The translations under genes were made by a program, and so were the position numbers. From a virus (lineage: Duplodnaviria > Caudoviricetes), in IMG/VR virus record IMGVR_UViG_3300029705_000041: a stretch of 64,000 nucleotides of DNA. The stretch is one strand, 5' to 3'. The notes beneath the pieces are model-generated. The model was not told where the DNA came from and ran no database searches. It worked only from the letters and a program-made list of their open reading frames with translations. Below are positions 11,563-20,984 of the stretch, one piece after another; position 1 is the stretch's first letter, and each line of letters starts with the position of its first letter.

Positions 11563-12520
11563 AAAAAATTAAACAAATAAATAATCTTATTATTAAAGTA
11601 GATACATCTGAAGGAATTAATTATTTTGGAAGAATATCAGCAAATAAAAATTATAATAAATATTCAGTTTGGACACCGGATGGAATATGTTGGGAAGATG
11701 GTCTCACATTAAAAGAGGCGGAAATTTTTTGTAAAGAAACTAAAGATTTTTGTAGGAGGAAAAGATAATGATTATCAATCATATAGAGGAAATAGAAAAA
11801 GAATTACCACAACTTGCAGAGATTAGAGACACAGATAGCAATAGAGAGTTTGTACCATTTCAGAATTGGAATAACAGACTTAAAAGCATCTCAACAAAGA
11901 ATTTGCGCAAGTATAAAAGTGCATTAACAGGAACTTGTTTGGAGTCATATTTTAGACCTTGCATTATCTGTATTCATCCTGATGATAAATTGATAGAGAT
12001 AAACAAGGAAAAGTATAAGCTGATTCGTAAACACGTGATGTCAGAAGAATATCATAGATAAGGTGACAAAATGGATAAAAATACAATGTATGAAAGAGCT
12101 TATCCAAGACCAGCTAAAGGTGATAAAGAGGGTGAATATAGTTACTTGTTTACAGAATGTGGAAATACATGGTATTCAACTACTAAAAATCCAATGTATA
12201 GAGATAATTGTATTTGCCCTAAATGTCGAAAAATTATTAAGGTCATAATGCCTGGAGGTGAATAGTTGTGAGAGTAAAATATATGACCGTTTATGAAGGT
12301 CAACAGTATAATCTATCACAATATCCAAACTTCCATAAATCGGGAAGTGTAAGAGGTACGAAGAAACAGTTTTACGGAAAAGATGCTCTGATAGTTCGGA
12401 GCAGCAGTTATTATTATAATGTACCGGAAAAAGTTTACAATGCTGCACACTAATCAAAAACTTATATTTTTGCGGCTTATTTGGTTGGTTTAAATACTGA
12501 GATTAGAAATATCTAAGAAA

Positions 12521-12580
12521 GCCGAAATGTGAGAATATTGTTACTCACAAAAAACTATGTAATGGTAATTGTGATTTGAG
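12521..12580 (+). ncRNA. putative tracrRNA/scaffold-leader of CRISPR array 1
   Basis: GCCGAAA-TGTGAG...CTCA hairpin shared with 14169-14218; AACTATGTAAT (12553-12563) is complementary to repeat nt ATTACATAGTT; ends in ATTTGAG. Confidence 0.6.
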
Positions 12581-12802
12581 GTTTTAGAACTATAAGAAAT
12601 TACATAGTTACCAAACGACATATTTGGAGTGCCAAGAAAGATTGATGTTTTAGAACTATAAGAAATTACATAGTTACCAAACACAATGGAGTATTTATGT
12701 GATAAATATAGTGTTTTAGAACTATAAGAAATTACATAGTTACCAAACTATATGTAAACGTTCAATGTTAAAAGTAGCGTTTTAGAACTATAAGAAATTA
12801 CA
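12581..12802 (+). CRISPR. CRISPR array 1: 3 full + 1 truncated 36-bp repeats, three 30-bp spacers
   Basis: repeat GTTTTAGAACTATAAGAAATTACATAGTTACCAAAC at 12581, 12647, 12713; 24-bp partial at 12779. Confidence 0.95.
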
Positions 12803-12825
12803 AAGAGAAAGAAGGTAATAACAAA

Positions 12826-14124
12826 ATGAATGAAACTTGTGTTATTACGAGAAAAGTTAAATTGTTTCCTGTCGGAAATAAAGAAGAAGTTAATCGTGTT
12901 TATAAATATTTAAGGGATGGAATAGAGTCTCAAAACAAAGCGATGAATCAATATATGACTGCATTATATGTAGCAATGATACAAGAAGCAAGTTCGGAAG
13001 AAAGGAAAGAACTTAAAAATCTTTATCAAAGAATCAGCACAAGTAAAAAAGGAAGCGCTTATGATAAAACAATTGAATTTGCTAAAGGACTTCCAATGGG
13101 AGGCTCTATTACAACAAAAGTGAAATCTGATTTTGATAATGCAATGAAAAAAGGTCTTAAATATGGTAGAATCTCACTTCCTTCGTACCGAGACAAAAAT
13201 CCATTGCTTATTCATCGAGATTATGTAAGGCTTCTTGAAACAAACCCTCATTTAAACAATGGGATATATCATAATTATAAAAATTCGGATGAATTTAAAG
13301 AACATTTATATAAAGATGATTTTGAAATGTTCATTAAATTTGCAAATGATATTACATTTAAAGTTATTTTTGGAAATCCACATAAATCAAAAGAATTACG
13401 TTCTGTTTTTGGAAATATTGTGGACGGAATATATAATGTCGGAGGCAGTTCTATAGGAATTGATGGAAATAAGATTATTTTGAATTTATCTATTGAAATT
13501 CCAAAAAAGAAAGTAGAATTATCAGAAGATATTGTTTGTGGAGTTGACTTAGGCATTGCAGTGCCGGCAATGTGCGCTTTAAACACAGATGATTATAAAA
13601 GAATGAGTATCGGTTCGGCAAATGATTTTATTCGAGTGAGAACAAAAATTCAGGCTCAATACAAACGATTGCAAATGAGTTTAAAAAATACTAGTGGTGG
13701 TCATGGTAGAAAAAAGAAATTATCGCCCTTAAATAAATTTAAAGAATATGAGAAAAATTGGGTTAATAATTATAATCATATGGTTAGTCGCAGAGTAGTT
13801 GACTTTGCTATAAAAAATGGGGCAAAATATATTAACATAGAAAACCTTGAAGGATTTGGCAAGTCTAAACATACATATATTTTACGTAATTGGTCTTATT
13901 ACCAATTACAACAAGATATTATTTATAAGGCGAATATGGTAGGCATCGAAGTTAGAAAAGTTAATCCATATCACACTTCTCAAAATTGTAGCTGTTGTGG
14001 TCATTGGGAAGAAGGGCAAAGGCTTGACCAGGCACATTTTGTTTGTGGCTCATGTGGAGCGACACTGAATGCTGATTTTAATGCAGCAAGAAATATTGCA
14101 ATGTCAACAGATTTTATAGAATAA
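12826..14124 (+). CDS. cas12f: compact type V (Cas12f/TnpB-like) RNA-guided nuclease
   Basis: 432 aa; RuvC-I GVDLG, GGHGR, RuvC-II NIENL, WSYYQLQ, Zn ribbon CSCCG..CGSCG, RuvC-III NADFNAARNIA; arrays on both sides. Confidence 0.85.
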   Translation: MNETCVITRKVKLFPVGNKEEVNRVYKYLRDGIESQNKAMNQYMTALYVAMIQEASSEERKELKNLYQRISTSKKGSAYDKTIEFAKGLPMGGSITTKVKSDFDNAMKKGLKYGRISLPSYRDKNPLLIHRDYVRLLETNPHLNNGIYHNYKNSDEFKEHLYKDDFEMFIKFANDITFKVIFGNPHKSKELRSVFGNIVDGIYNVGGSSIGIDGNKIILNLSIEIPKKKVELSEDIVCGVDLGIAVPAMCALNTDDYKRMSIGSANDFIRVRTKIQAQYKRLQMSLKNTSGGHGRKKKLSPLNKFKEYEKNWVNNYNHMVSRRVVDFAIKNGAKYINIENLEGFGKSKHTYILRNWSYYQLQQDIIYKANMVGIEVRKVNPYHTSQNCSCCGHWEEGQRLDQAHFVCGSCGATLNADFNAARNIAMSTDFIE

Positions 14125-14168
14125 TATACATAGAAAACAATAATTTGTAAGTAACGGTAGGTTTTGCT

Positions 14169-14218
14169 GCCGAAAAGTGAGAAGATTAAAATTTTACTCA
14201 TTAAAGCTTGTATTTGAG
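14169..14218 (+). ncRNA. putative scaffold-leader of CRISPR mini-array 2
   Basis: GCCGAAAAGTGAGAAG...TTACTCA...ATTTGAG, homologous to 12521-12580. Confidence 0.55.
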
Positions 14219-14320
14219 GACTTAGAGCGGTATAAAAATACATAGGCACAAAATTAAAAGATGAGGCAATAAAAAAATTAATTGGATTTAGAGTAGTATA
14301 AAAATACATAGGCACAAAAT
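14219..14320 (+). CRISPR. CRISPR mini-array 2: two 36-bp repeats, one 30-bp spacer
   Basis: GACTTAGAGCGGTATAAAAATACATAGGCACAAAAT (14219) and GATTTAGAGTAGTATAAAAATACATAGGCACAAAAT (14285); the latter is 24/36 identical to the array-1 repeat. Confidence 0.75.
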
Positions 14321-14384
14321 CAATGAATTTGTTAAGGTAACAACAATTGTGAAAAATTATAAATACAATTAATTAAAGGTAACG

Positions 14385-14444
14385 CAGAAAAAGTATTGAC
14401 AATGAAAAAGTTTTATGATATACTATTTATAGTAAATGAATTAC
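14385..14444 (+). promoter_or_regulatory. repeated-family promoter plus GTAA-N5-TTAC box upstream of integrase
   Basis: TTGACA(14396)-17bp-TATACT(14419); GTAAATGAATTAC 14432-14444. Confidence 0.8.
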
Positions 14445-14448
14445 TATA

Positions 14449-15432
14449 ATGAAAGAAGGTAAAATTATGGCAGTTGCAACATTAAATCCAATCACAAAAG
14501 AGGAAGCTATCAGAAGTGGAAATATTGTTATGTTATTTCCAAATCAAGTTGCAAAACAAGAAGTAAAGCTAAAAAAAGATGGCACGCCTAAGAATATTAA
14601 ATGTAATAAAGTAAAAGGAAAAAAATCAGAAGTTTATCCTTTTGAAATTCAAGATATTAAAAAAATGATGAGCTATTTTAAAGAAAACGAATTATGGCTT
14701 CATTATTTGATTTTTGTATTAAGTTGCAATATGGCACGAAGAATAAATGATACATTGTCAATTAATTGGGAAAATATCTATAATCCTGAAACCGGCAGAA
14801 TGAGAGCTGATTTATTAGAAATAACAGAAGATAAGACAGATAAATTGGCGAATCCGAGAATTAATTCTGCTTGTCGTGCTGCAATTGAATTGTATATCAA
14901 AAAGACAGGTTGTAATCCTGCAAAAGATAATTATAAAACACCGGTTTTCCTTCAGCTTTCCGGAACGTACAAAGGTAAGGTAATTACAGATGACGGTTAT
15001 CGTAAAGCTCTGAAAAAAGCAGCGAAAGCTATAGGTATAGAATATAATATAGGCACACATAGTCCAAGAAAAAGTTTTGGTATGTTAAACCGTATGTTGC
15101 ATCCTGGAGATTATGATAGCATGGAAATATTGCAATCAATATATAATCATAGTGATGCTAAAACTACAAAACATTATATTGGATTAACTAAACAAAAAAT
15201 CAATAAGTATTACGATGATATGGGAGACTTTTTTGACGATTATATATTTGGGGACAAAGAATATACTTCCATTTCTGAAACTCCAATTATCAGTATTGAT
15301 TCAAATGATTTTAGAGATGTGATTAAAGCTGCATATGAAGCAGGAAGAAATAATTCTGGAGAAGAAGATATTTCAATTCATATTGATGCCATAAATACAA
15401 TTTTAAGCATGGTGGAGCAGCTTGCAAAGTAA
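14449..15432 (+). CDS. tyrosine recombinase/integrase
   Basis: ARRINDTL (R), KT, HSPRK (H-x-x-R), YNHS..TTKHY (H,Y) catalytic set. Confidence 0.9.
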   Translation: MKEGKIMAVATLNPITKEEAIRSGNIVMLFPNQVAKQEVKLKKDGTPKNIKCNKVKGKKSEVYPFEIQDIKKMMSYFKENELWLHYLIFVLSCNMARRINDTLSINWENIYNPETGRMRADLLEITEDKTDKLANPRINSACRAAIELYIKKTGCNPAKDNYKTPVFLQLSGTYKGKVITDDGYRKALKKAAKAIGIEYNIGTHSPRKSFGMLNRMLHPGDYDSMEILQSIYNHSDAKTTKHYIGLTKQKINKYYDDMGDFFDDYIFGDKEYTSISETPIISIDSNDFRDVIKAAYEAGRNNSGEEDISIHIDAINTILSMVEQLAK

Positions 15433-15630
15433 AGGAAAAGATAAAATGTTTGAAGAAATATTAAGCGCAACAAGAACTATAAAAAATCTCCATCCGCAAT
15501 TACGGTATCAGCAGATTATGAGTATAGCTGCAAGTAAGGGCGGATGGGATAATAAAGACTTATTTTATTGTCCTGATGAAGTTCTTCTTAAAGGATTGAA
15601 TAAGTTAATCGAAGAAGAAAATAAAATTTA

Positions 15631-15699
15631 AAAATAATGTAGAAAAAGTATTGACAAATAGAATAAAATGTGATATACTGTCTATAGTAAATGAATTAC
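15631..15699 (+). promoter_or_regulatory. repeated-family promoter plus GTAA-N5-TTAC box
   Basis: TTGACA(15651)-17bp-TATACT(15674); GTAAATGAATTAC 15687-15699. Confidence 0.8.
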
Positions 15700-15806
15700 T
15701 AAATTAATAGAAAGGGAAAAAAGTGATGAAACTATGTAGAAACACAGCAAGGGCTGGATAAGTTAATTTAATATAATATATAAAGCCCTCATAAAATAAA
15801 TATTAG

Positions 15807-16265
15807 TTGACTATAGATTTTCCGCCGTGGCAAGCAGTTTGTTACATAGATGTCACAAAAGGAGCGGATAGTATGTCAAACAACAATGTAATTTCTCGTC
15901 CAAAATGCGGCGAAATCTGGATGTGTAATCTAACTACAAAAGAGGGCAGCATTCAAAGCGGTTATAGACCGGTTTTCATCTTGTCGAATAATAAGAACAA
16001 TACATATAGTCCTACGTTAAACATAATTCCAATAACAAGTAAAATGAATAAACGTAGACTTCCGGTACACGTTGAATTATGGAGCTATCAAGATTATGGC
16101 TTGAAAACACCAAGCACGATGTTGATTGAACAAATTATGACGATTCCGGTAGAGCATCTTGATATGTGTGTTGGACAGATTTCCGACAGCAAGATATTGA
16201 GCAGTATTTGCAAAGCAATCGAAATTCAATTTCCGATTATGCAACTTACATCTATGTGTTGTTAA
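15807..16265 (+). CDS. mazF: PemK/MazF-family endoribonuclease (start probably ATG 15873)
   Basis: GEIWMCNL...GSIQSGYRPVFILSNNKNN..SP..IIPITS...LPVHV...EQI motifs. Confidence 0.85.
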   Translation: MTIDFPPWQAVCYIDVTKGADSMSNNNVISRPKCGEIWMCNLTTKEGSIQSGYRPVFILSNNKNNTYSPTLNIIPITSKMNKRRLPVHVELWSYQDYGLKTPSTMLIEQIMTIPVEHLDMCVGQISDSKILSSICKAIEIQFPIMQLTSMCC

Positions 16266-16344
16266 AAAATGAAAAATAATACAGAAAAATACTTGACAAA
16301 ACATTTAAAAAATGTTATAATGATGGAGAACGGAGGTAGCTGTT

Positions 16345-17331
16345 ATGAAAAAACCAGAGACTACACAAGAATTGTTCAGAGAATTTTTTAAAGATAAAGA
16401 CCCTGAAATAGTTAAAAAAACAAGTATGCAGATTGATAGACCGGAAGTATATGCTTACGAAATGAAGATTGGTAAGCAGCTTATCGAAATGAATGTTGAT
16501 GAGTTATTTGAAATGATACTTTCTTTCAATGATAACAGAAAAGGTGAAGGAAGTGGCTATAGTATAACTTACAATTCATATTTTCAAATTGCTTCCATGT
16601 ATCGCTCTTTGTTTAATTTCTATATTGATAATTATGAAGTTATCAGGAATCCATTTAATGACAAGAGGATGAGAGGAACAGAGGCAGCGGAACGATTGGC
16701 ACAAGGTAAGGAATCTTATACTTGGGAAAAAGTTGAAGAAATTATTCAGACTATTCATAACGAATATGAAGATAATAAAGCTAAATATATTGAATGTATT
16801 ATTCTGCTATATTATAATGGTTTTGCCAAGGCAGAAGAAATTGTTAATTTAACAGAAGATATGATTGATTTTAAAAGTAAGTCCGTTAGACTTCCTGGTA
16901 GAACAATGCAGCTATCAGATAGATGTTTTGAATTACTTACATTCGTTCATAGTCTTACTTCCTTAGAAGGTTGGCGTGGAGATTATTCTGTAGTTGCATG
17001 GCAAGATAAGTATTTTAAATATATTATCAGACCAAAAGAAGAAGCTGCATTTAATGATAGACCAGCGGAAGAAATTGCTAATCTAATTAATCGTAGAATC
17101 TTAACTGATGTAAAGAAAAAATTTGGAGTAGAGATAAATTATCGTATGTTGTATCTGCTCGGTTTTTATGACTACATGGTTAAACAAAAAGGTGAAAGCA
17201 GGACAAAAGAGCTTATTTTAGCTGTGAGAAGTCCGGCAGAAACAGAAGATTTAATTAAGTTAGCAAGAGATTATGGTGTGGTGGCAGAAAATGTCACTCA
17301 TTTAAAACGAATTTTAAGACCATTTATATAA
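16345..17331 (+). CDS. tyrosine-recombinase-fold DNA-binding protein, probably catalytically dead (MrpR/YopR-like repressor?)
   Basis: SAM-like N-terminus (YRSLFNFY..NPF), IILLYYNG box-I-like segment without the catalytic R or H-x-x-R; own promoter at 16293. Confidence 0.45.
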   Translation: MKKPETTQELFREFFKDKDPEIVKKTSMQIDRPEVYAYEMKIGKQLIEMNVDELFEMILSFNDNRKGEGSGYSITYNSYFQIASMYRSLFNFYIDNYEVIRNPFNDKRMRGTEAAERLAQGKESYTWEKVEEIIQTIHNEYEDNKAKYIECIILLYYNGFAKAEEIVNLTEDMIDFKSKSVRLPGRTMQLSDRCFELLTFVHSLTSLEGWRGDYSVVAWQDKYFKYIIRPKEEAAFNDRPAEEIANLINRRILTDVKKKFGVEINYRMLYLLGFYDYMVKQKGESRTKELILAVRSPAETEDLIKLARDYGVVAENVTHLKRILRPFI

Positions 17332-17338
17332 TAATGAG

Positions 17339-17368
17339 TAGGCTGTGTAACAGCAGCCTATCATTTTA
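17339..17368 (+). terminator. intrinsic terminator
   Basis: TAGGCTG...CAGCCTA hairpin followed by T-rich tail. Confidence 0.6.
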
Positions 17369-17652
17369 ACAGTAAAAGCAAGACAGAAAAAGTATTGAAT
17401 ATCAGGAGGTTTTGGGATGGAATTACTTATAAAAAAAGAAAAATATCATAGAGGGAATGATTCTGAATTTTATACAGCGAAAGCGGTATATAATAATATA
17501 AATTTTAATATTACATATGATTGCAAAACAGAAAACATAATAATTCATGAATGGTATAAGTTCAGTAGTATTCAACTTTCTGATATTAGTAAAAAAATCA
17601 AGCTGCATTTCAAAAGTAAGGCAGAAAAATAATTGAAAGGTGGTGTAGAACG

Positions 17653-18309
17653 TTGATAGTTTATATGATTTCCGATGGCAAAGGTACATATCTTAGAAAA
17701 GATTTTGCCGGAAAATATTCTCCTGTACGAAATGAAGCTCTCGGAGATACATGGGAGCAAAGAAGTAAGGCTAAGAATGTTTTAGATAATCAATTAAATA
17801 GAAACATACGGAATCGGTATCATGTTGTAGAAATCGAAATTCCTGATGTCAAGAAAATCGTGAATAATACCGAAACTGTTTCAAAGCATTCTGCTGAAAC
17901 GGTAAAACAAATCACAAATGAAGAAATTGAGGATGACCAGATTGATAAATGGGAAAATGGTATTAATTCTCTTTCAACATTTGTTCATGATTTAGAAGAA
18001 AGAAAAGAAAATCTTAACAATAAGTTAAGTGATGTTGATAAAGAAATAATTGATATACAGCATTACATAGAATTCGGGGGTAATTTTAATGCCTATGAAG
18101 GTTGGTTAGCATTTAGTATGTTACGCCATAGGTTGAGAAAACGCCGAAAAATTAAAAACGAATTACACGTGGTAACACAATTATGTGAATGTAAAATTAA
18201 TTCATCAATGTTATCTAATATAAAAGATGTGATACACGAATTAGATGACAGAGTTTATACACCAAGAAAGTTGACTAACTTATTTGAGAAAGGTGTGAAT
18301 CAGAAATGA
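17653..18309 (+). CDS. hypothetical coiled-coil protein
   Basis: 218 aa, DIQHYIE...RRKIKNE...YTPR. Confidence 0.6.
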   Translation: MIVYMISDGKGTYLRKDFAGKYSPVRNEALGDTWEQRSKAKNVLDNQLNRNIRNRYHVVEIEIPDVKKIVNNTETVSKHSAETVKQITNEEIEDDQIDKWENGINSLSTFVHDLEERKENLNNKLSDVDKEIIDIQHYIEFGGNFNAYEGWLAFSMLRHRLRKRRKIKNELHVVTQLCECKINSSMLSNIKDVIHELDDRVYTPRKLTNLFEKGVNQK

Positions 18310-18770
18310 AAAGAAGAATTAAAATCGAAGATATAATAATTCAGAAACGATTTAAAACCAAAAGACCTGGTAAAGAAAAAATTGAAGAATGTGAAAAATA
18401 TTATAGAGAACATGGCGAAGTCGATAAACTTGTTTTGGTTAATAGAGATAATGTTCTTTTGGATAATTACATAAGATATTTAGTTCTTTTAGAAAACAAT
18501 ATCAAGGAAATTGAAGTTGAAGAAATAGATGTAAACCATTATCATCCGAATACGACATATGTTTATGGATTACATCCGGTTAAAAATAAAGAATACGTAT
18601 GGAGATTGCCTTATAAAGCAGATTTTGCTGATAAAGTAATTCCTGGCAGTAAAGTTTTAGTAAGCACAAATCATGGTGTACAGAAAATCGAAGTAACAAG
18701 AATTGAAACACTTAACATTCCTCCGGTTAATTTACCAATAAAGAAGGTGTTAAGGTGTATCAGCGAATAA
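18306..18770 (+). CDS. hypothetical protein with degenerate ParB-like N-terminus
   Basis: LVLVNRDNVLLDNYIRYL resembles ParB 'LxDGyxR' motif. Confidence 0.45.
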   Translation: MKRRIKIEDIIIQKRFKTKRPGKEKIEECEKYYREHGEVDKLVLVNRDNVLLDNYIRYLVLLENNIKEIEVEEIDVNHYHPNTTYVYGLHPVKNKEYVWRLPYKADFADKVIPGSKVLVSTNHGVQKIEVTRIETLNIPPVNLPIKKVLRCISE

Positions 18771-19626
18771 AAAGAAAACTTGCTGCTTTTAAGTATTACA
18801 TAACTCCAAGGATTCATAGCTTACCACAAGTATATTATATATGTTGGTTAAATAAAGAGTTTTACATATACAAATAGTGAATAAAAATCGGGTTTTATTA
18901 TCAAAAAAGGTGGTTTGTTAAATGGAACAATATACTTTGTTTGGAAGCTGTGAAAAACATAAAAATATCAAATGTAACGTTGACAAAGAAAAGCGGAATT
19001 GGGAAAACGGATTTCAACGGTGGAGCAACAAACAGTTTGAAGATGGAGGAACTCCATTAGGTAAATGCGGTTATGGTTCGATGTGTGATTACTGTGAAGA
19101 TAATTCATATGGTAGACCATGTGTAAGAGCATTAAATGAAATGCTTCGAGTAAAAAGAAAAACACTTGACTATCGTAAGTGTAGTTATCAGGAAGCATGG
19201 GAAGGGATTGATTGAAATTTATATAAATAAAAATCTATGTCCGGTTTGTGGCAGCAAGAATATAAGCATAATTAAAAAATTTATGAGCTGTAGGATAAGA
19301 TGTAATTATTGTTGTCATCATTCGTCAGGAATTACTAAAAGAAAAGCATTAAAAAGATTTTGGCACAAAGCTGTTAATGCGGAATTTTTTGCTATGGAGA
19401 ATGGATAAAACATGAAAAGATGTAAATTTTGTGAATCCACGAATAATGAGTTTATTCCTCTTAATAATACCGTTGATTATAGCGGAATAGAAATTTCACT
19501 TCATAACAAGGGTATGTTGAGATGTAGATATTATGAAGATGAGGGAAATAATTTTAAATCACAAGATATAGTTAATATAAAATTTTGTCCGTTTTGCGGA
19601 AATAAACTAAAAGGAGAGAATGAGAA

Positions 19627-20142
19627 ATGAAAATTTTAATTGTTGTAGATATGCAGCGTGACTTTATTGATGGAGCGCTTGGCACAAAAGAAGCACAGGC
19701 GATAGTTCCAAAAGTTAAAGCAAAGGTAGAAGATTATATTCAAAAAGGATATACTGTAGTTTTCACAAGAGACACACATCATTCCGAATATCTTTCTACA
19801 CAGGAAGGAAGAAAACTTCCTGTTGAACATTGTATTATTAATACTGATGGATGGCAGATATGTGACGAATTAAAGCCATATGCAGAACACATATTTGATA
19901 AAATCACTTTCGGTCATTATGATTTGCCTAAGTATTTACCGGTTGGACAGAACGATGAAATTGAACTTTGTGGATTATGTACGGATATTTGTGTCATTTC
20001 AAATGCTATGCTTATGAAGTCAGTATATACGGAAAATCCAATTATTGTTGATGCATCATGTTGTGCAGGAGTTACACCGGAAACTCATAAAAACGCTTTA
20101 GAAGCCATGAAGATGTGTCAAATTGAAATTATAGGAGAATAA
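19627..20142 (+). CDS. pncA: nicotinamidase / isochorismatase-family cysteine hydrolase
   Basis: VVDMQRDF, TRDTH, PVEHC, K, GLCTDICV motifs; first gene of NAD cluster. Confidence 0.85.
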   Translation: MKILIVVDMQRDFIDGALGTKEAQAIVPKVKAKVEDYIQKGYTVVFTRDTHHSEYLSTQEGRKLPVEHCIINTDGWQICDELKPYAEHIFDKITFGHYDLPKYLPVGQNDEIELCGLCTDICVISNAMLMKSVYTENPIIVDASCCAGVTPETHKNALEAMKMCQIEIIGE

Positions 20143-20147
20143 AAGAT

Positions 20148-20984
20148 ATGATTAAATTAAATGGTGTAGTTATTGAACATAATCATTTTCCGGACGGAAC
20201 TTTGCTATCTAAGTTTCCAAACGATGCTGTCAAGGTTGATAACTGTATAACATGGAATTATGAAAGTGATTCAGAGTTATTTCTTCTTTATTGTTTAAAG
20301 CGAAAAATTGACGATATGAAGAAAGTATTCTACATAAAGACAGTTGTTTTAGATATGCCATATGTTCCGCACGCAAGACAAGATAGGGTAAAAAGAGCAG
20401 AAGATATATTTACATTAAAATATTTTTCTGAAATTATTAATTCATTAAACTTTGATGTGGTATATACTTTAGATAACCATTCGCCGGTGTCAGAAGCATT
20501 AATTAATAATATTACAATTAATAAAGCAGAAGAAAATATTTGTAGCATTATTTCGCATCTAGAAAATCAAGTTTTTGTTGATGGGGAACCGGTTGTTAAT
20601 GTAGATAATGTTGTTGTATTTTATCCAGATACCGGTGCTTATAAAAAGTATAGCGACTTTATTTGCCGCCCTGCTTGTTACGGAATAAAGAATAGAAATT
20701 GGCAAGATGGTAAAATTCTTGGACTTAATGTTATTACAAACGGAATCGACCTAAAGGGTAAAACAATTTTGATGGTTGATGATATTATCTCATATGGTGG
20801 TTCTATGTATTACAGTGCTAAGAAATTAAAAGAACTTGGCTGTGGAGAAATTTATATATATGCATCTCATGTAGAAAATTCTATTCTTGAAGGCGAACTT
20901 ATTAAAAGTGGTTTGTTTGAAAAGATTTATACAACAAACAGTATTTTTACTAAAGAACATGAAAAAATTGAGGTGTTAAAATGA
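20148..20984 (+). CDS. prs: ribose-phosphate pyrophosphokinase family (PRS / Adps-like)
   Basis: FPDG, MPYVPHARQDR, LDNHS, PDTGA, MVDDIISYGGS PRPP-binding motif. Confidence 0.9.
   Translation: MIKLNGVVIEHNHFPDGTLLSKFPNDAVKVDNCITWNYESDSELFLLYCLKRKIDDMKKVFYIKTVVLDMPYVPHARQDRVKRAEDIFTLKYFSEIINSLNFDVVYTLDNHSPVSEALINNITINKAEENICSIISHLENQVFVDGEPVVNVDNVVVFYPDTGAYKKYSDFICRPACYGIKNRNWQDGKILGLNVITNGIDLKGKTILMVDDIISYGGSMYYSAKKLKELGCGEIYIYASHVENSILEGELIKSGLFEKIYTTNSIFTKEHEKIEVLK

Noticed and set aside
12617-12778. Self-targeting spacers
   Set aside because: No protospacer was noticed in the window by eye; an alignment is needed to exclude it.
12826-14124. IS200/IS605 or IS607 transposon TnpB
   Set aside because: No tnpA or serine recombinase nearby and no IS ends seen; true spacer arrays flank the gene and its motifs fit Cas12f-like proteins.
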